IMG/VR virus record: IMGVR_UViG_3300029914_000006
Origin: an uncultured virus (IMG/VR IMGVR_UViG_3300029914_000006)
Taxonomy: Duplodnaviria > Heunggongvirae > Uroviricota > Caudoviricetes
Strand: one strand, 5' to 3'
DNA: 63,718 bases
Part shown: piece by piece, positions 63,562-63,718 of the stretch
Position numbering within the stretch: the first letter of the stretch is position 1
Layout of the letters: each line of letters opens with the position of its first letter
Position numbers and translations under genes: made by a program
Notes under the pieces: model-generated
The model's database searches: none
What the model saw: only the letters and a program-made list of their open reading frames with translations
Told to the model about the DNA's origin: nothing

Positions 63562-63585
63562 CGTCGCGACACGTGCTACGTTACC
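63557..63585 (+). repeat. Cassette R site, copy D
   Basis: GGTAACGT-CGCGACACGTGCT-ACGTTACC with perfect arms (extends to CAGGTAACGT/ACGTTACCTG), contains the TAA stop. Confidence 0.85.
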
Positions 63586-63615
63586 TGTGAACTAGAATCA
63601 GAACAGGAGAAATAG

Positions 63616-63718
63616 ATGATCCAAATCAAGAAGAGTCCCACGGCTGATACACGCACCTGCGACTTTGCAAACACAAGCAAAGACACTTTGCTATCCAGTA
63701 GTTTCCAGCACATTGAGG
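63616..63718 (+). CDS. Hypothetical protein, truncated by the window end
   Basis: AGGAG RBS; MIQIKKSPTADTRTCDF open to the end. Confidence 0.55.
   Translation, partial: MIQIKKSPTADTRTCDFANTSKDTLLSSSFQHIE

Noticed and set aside
27943..63585. L/R sites as CRISPR repeats
   Set aside because: Not arrayed with 30-40 bp spacers, they bracket whole genes, and no cas genes are recognisable
27943..63585. L/R sites as canonical integron attC or XerC/D dif sites
   Set aside because: R sites lack the RYYYAAC...GTTRRRY ends and the >55 bp length of attC; neither site resembles the dif consensus; cassettes are dispersed, not arrayed

Overview
This window is about 64 kb of a tailed dsDNA bacteriophage or prophage. 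It is probably temperate and podovirus-like; an Acidobacteria host is a tentative inference. From left to right: (1) 1-19 kb, virion tail/ejection module with a tail-tube-like protein, a GNAT-like protein, two ejection-type proteins and a 3239-aa polyvalent protein (ParB-like, zincin and strawberry-notch SF2 helicase domains). (2) 20-40 kb, recombination/replication and accessory genes: MazG-like, RecT/Bet, PD-(D/E)XK nuclease, VRR-NUC, KTSC, cold-shock protein, DnaB with a LAGLIDADG intein, acyl carrier protein, ASCH, tyrosine integrase, initiator/loader-like pair, nucleotidyltransferase and DUF559. (3) 41-47 kb, HNH, tailspike-like protein and lysis-type membrane proteins. (4) 47.5-58 kb, a leftward early-type region with a second ASCH gene, an adenine methyltransferase and GIY-YIG. 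(5) 59-63.7 kb, a rightward run of small genes. The most striking feature is four dispersed single-gene cassettes, each bracketed by the same pair of 29-31 bp imperfect-palindromic sites: an upstream L site (core CGTTGAATAGRCACT-ACGGTGCC) and a downstream R site (GGTAACGT-MRCGA..GCT-ACG) overlapping the stop codon. This suggests a site-specific gene-cassette mobility system. There are also several intergenic structured-RNA candidates, including a tandem two-unit RNA at 61.3-61.6 kb, and a recurring operator-like motif TGCAASCGT at promoters. All calls come from motif recognition by eye; no database searches were run.
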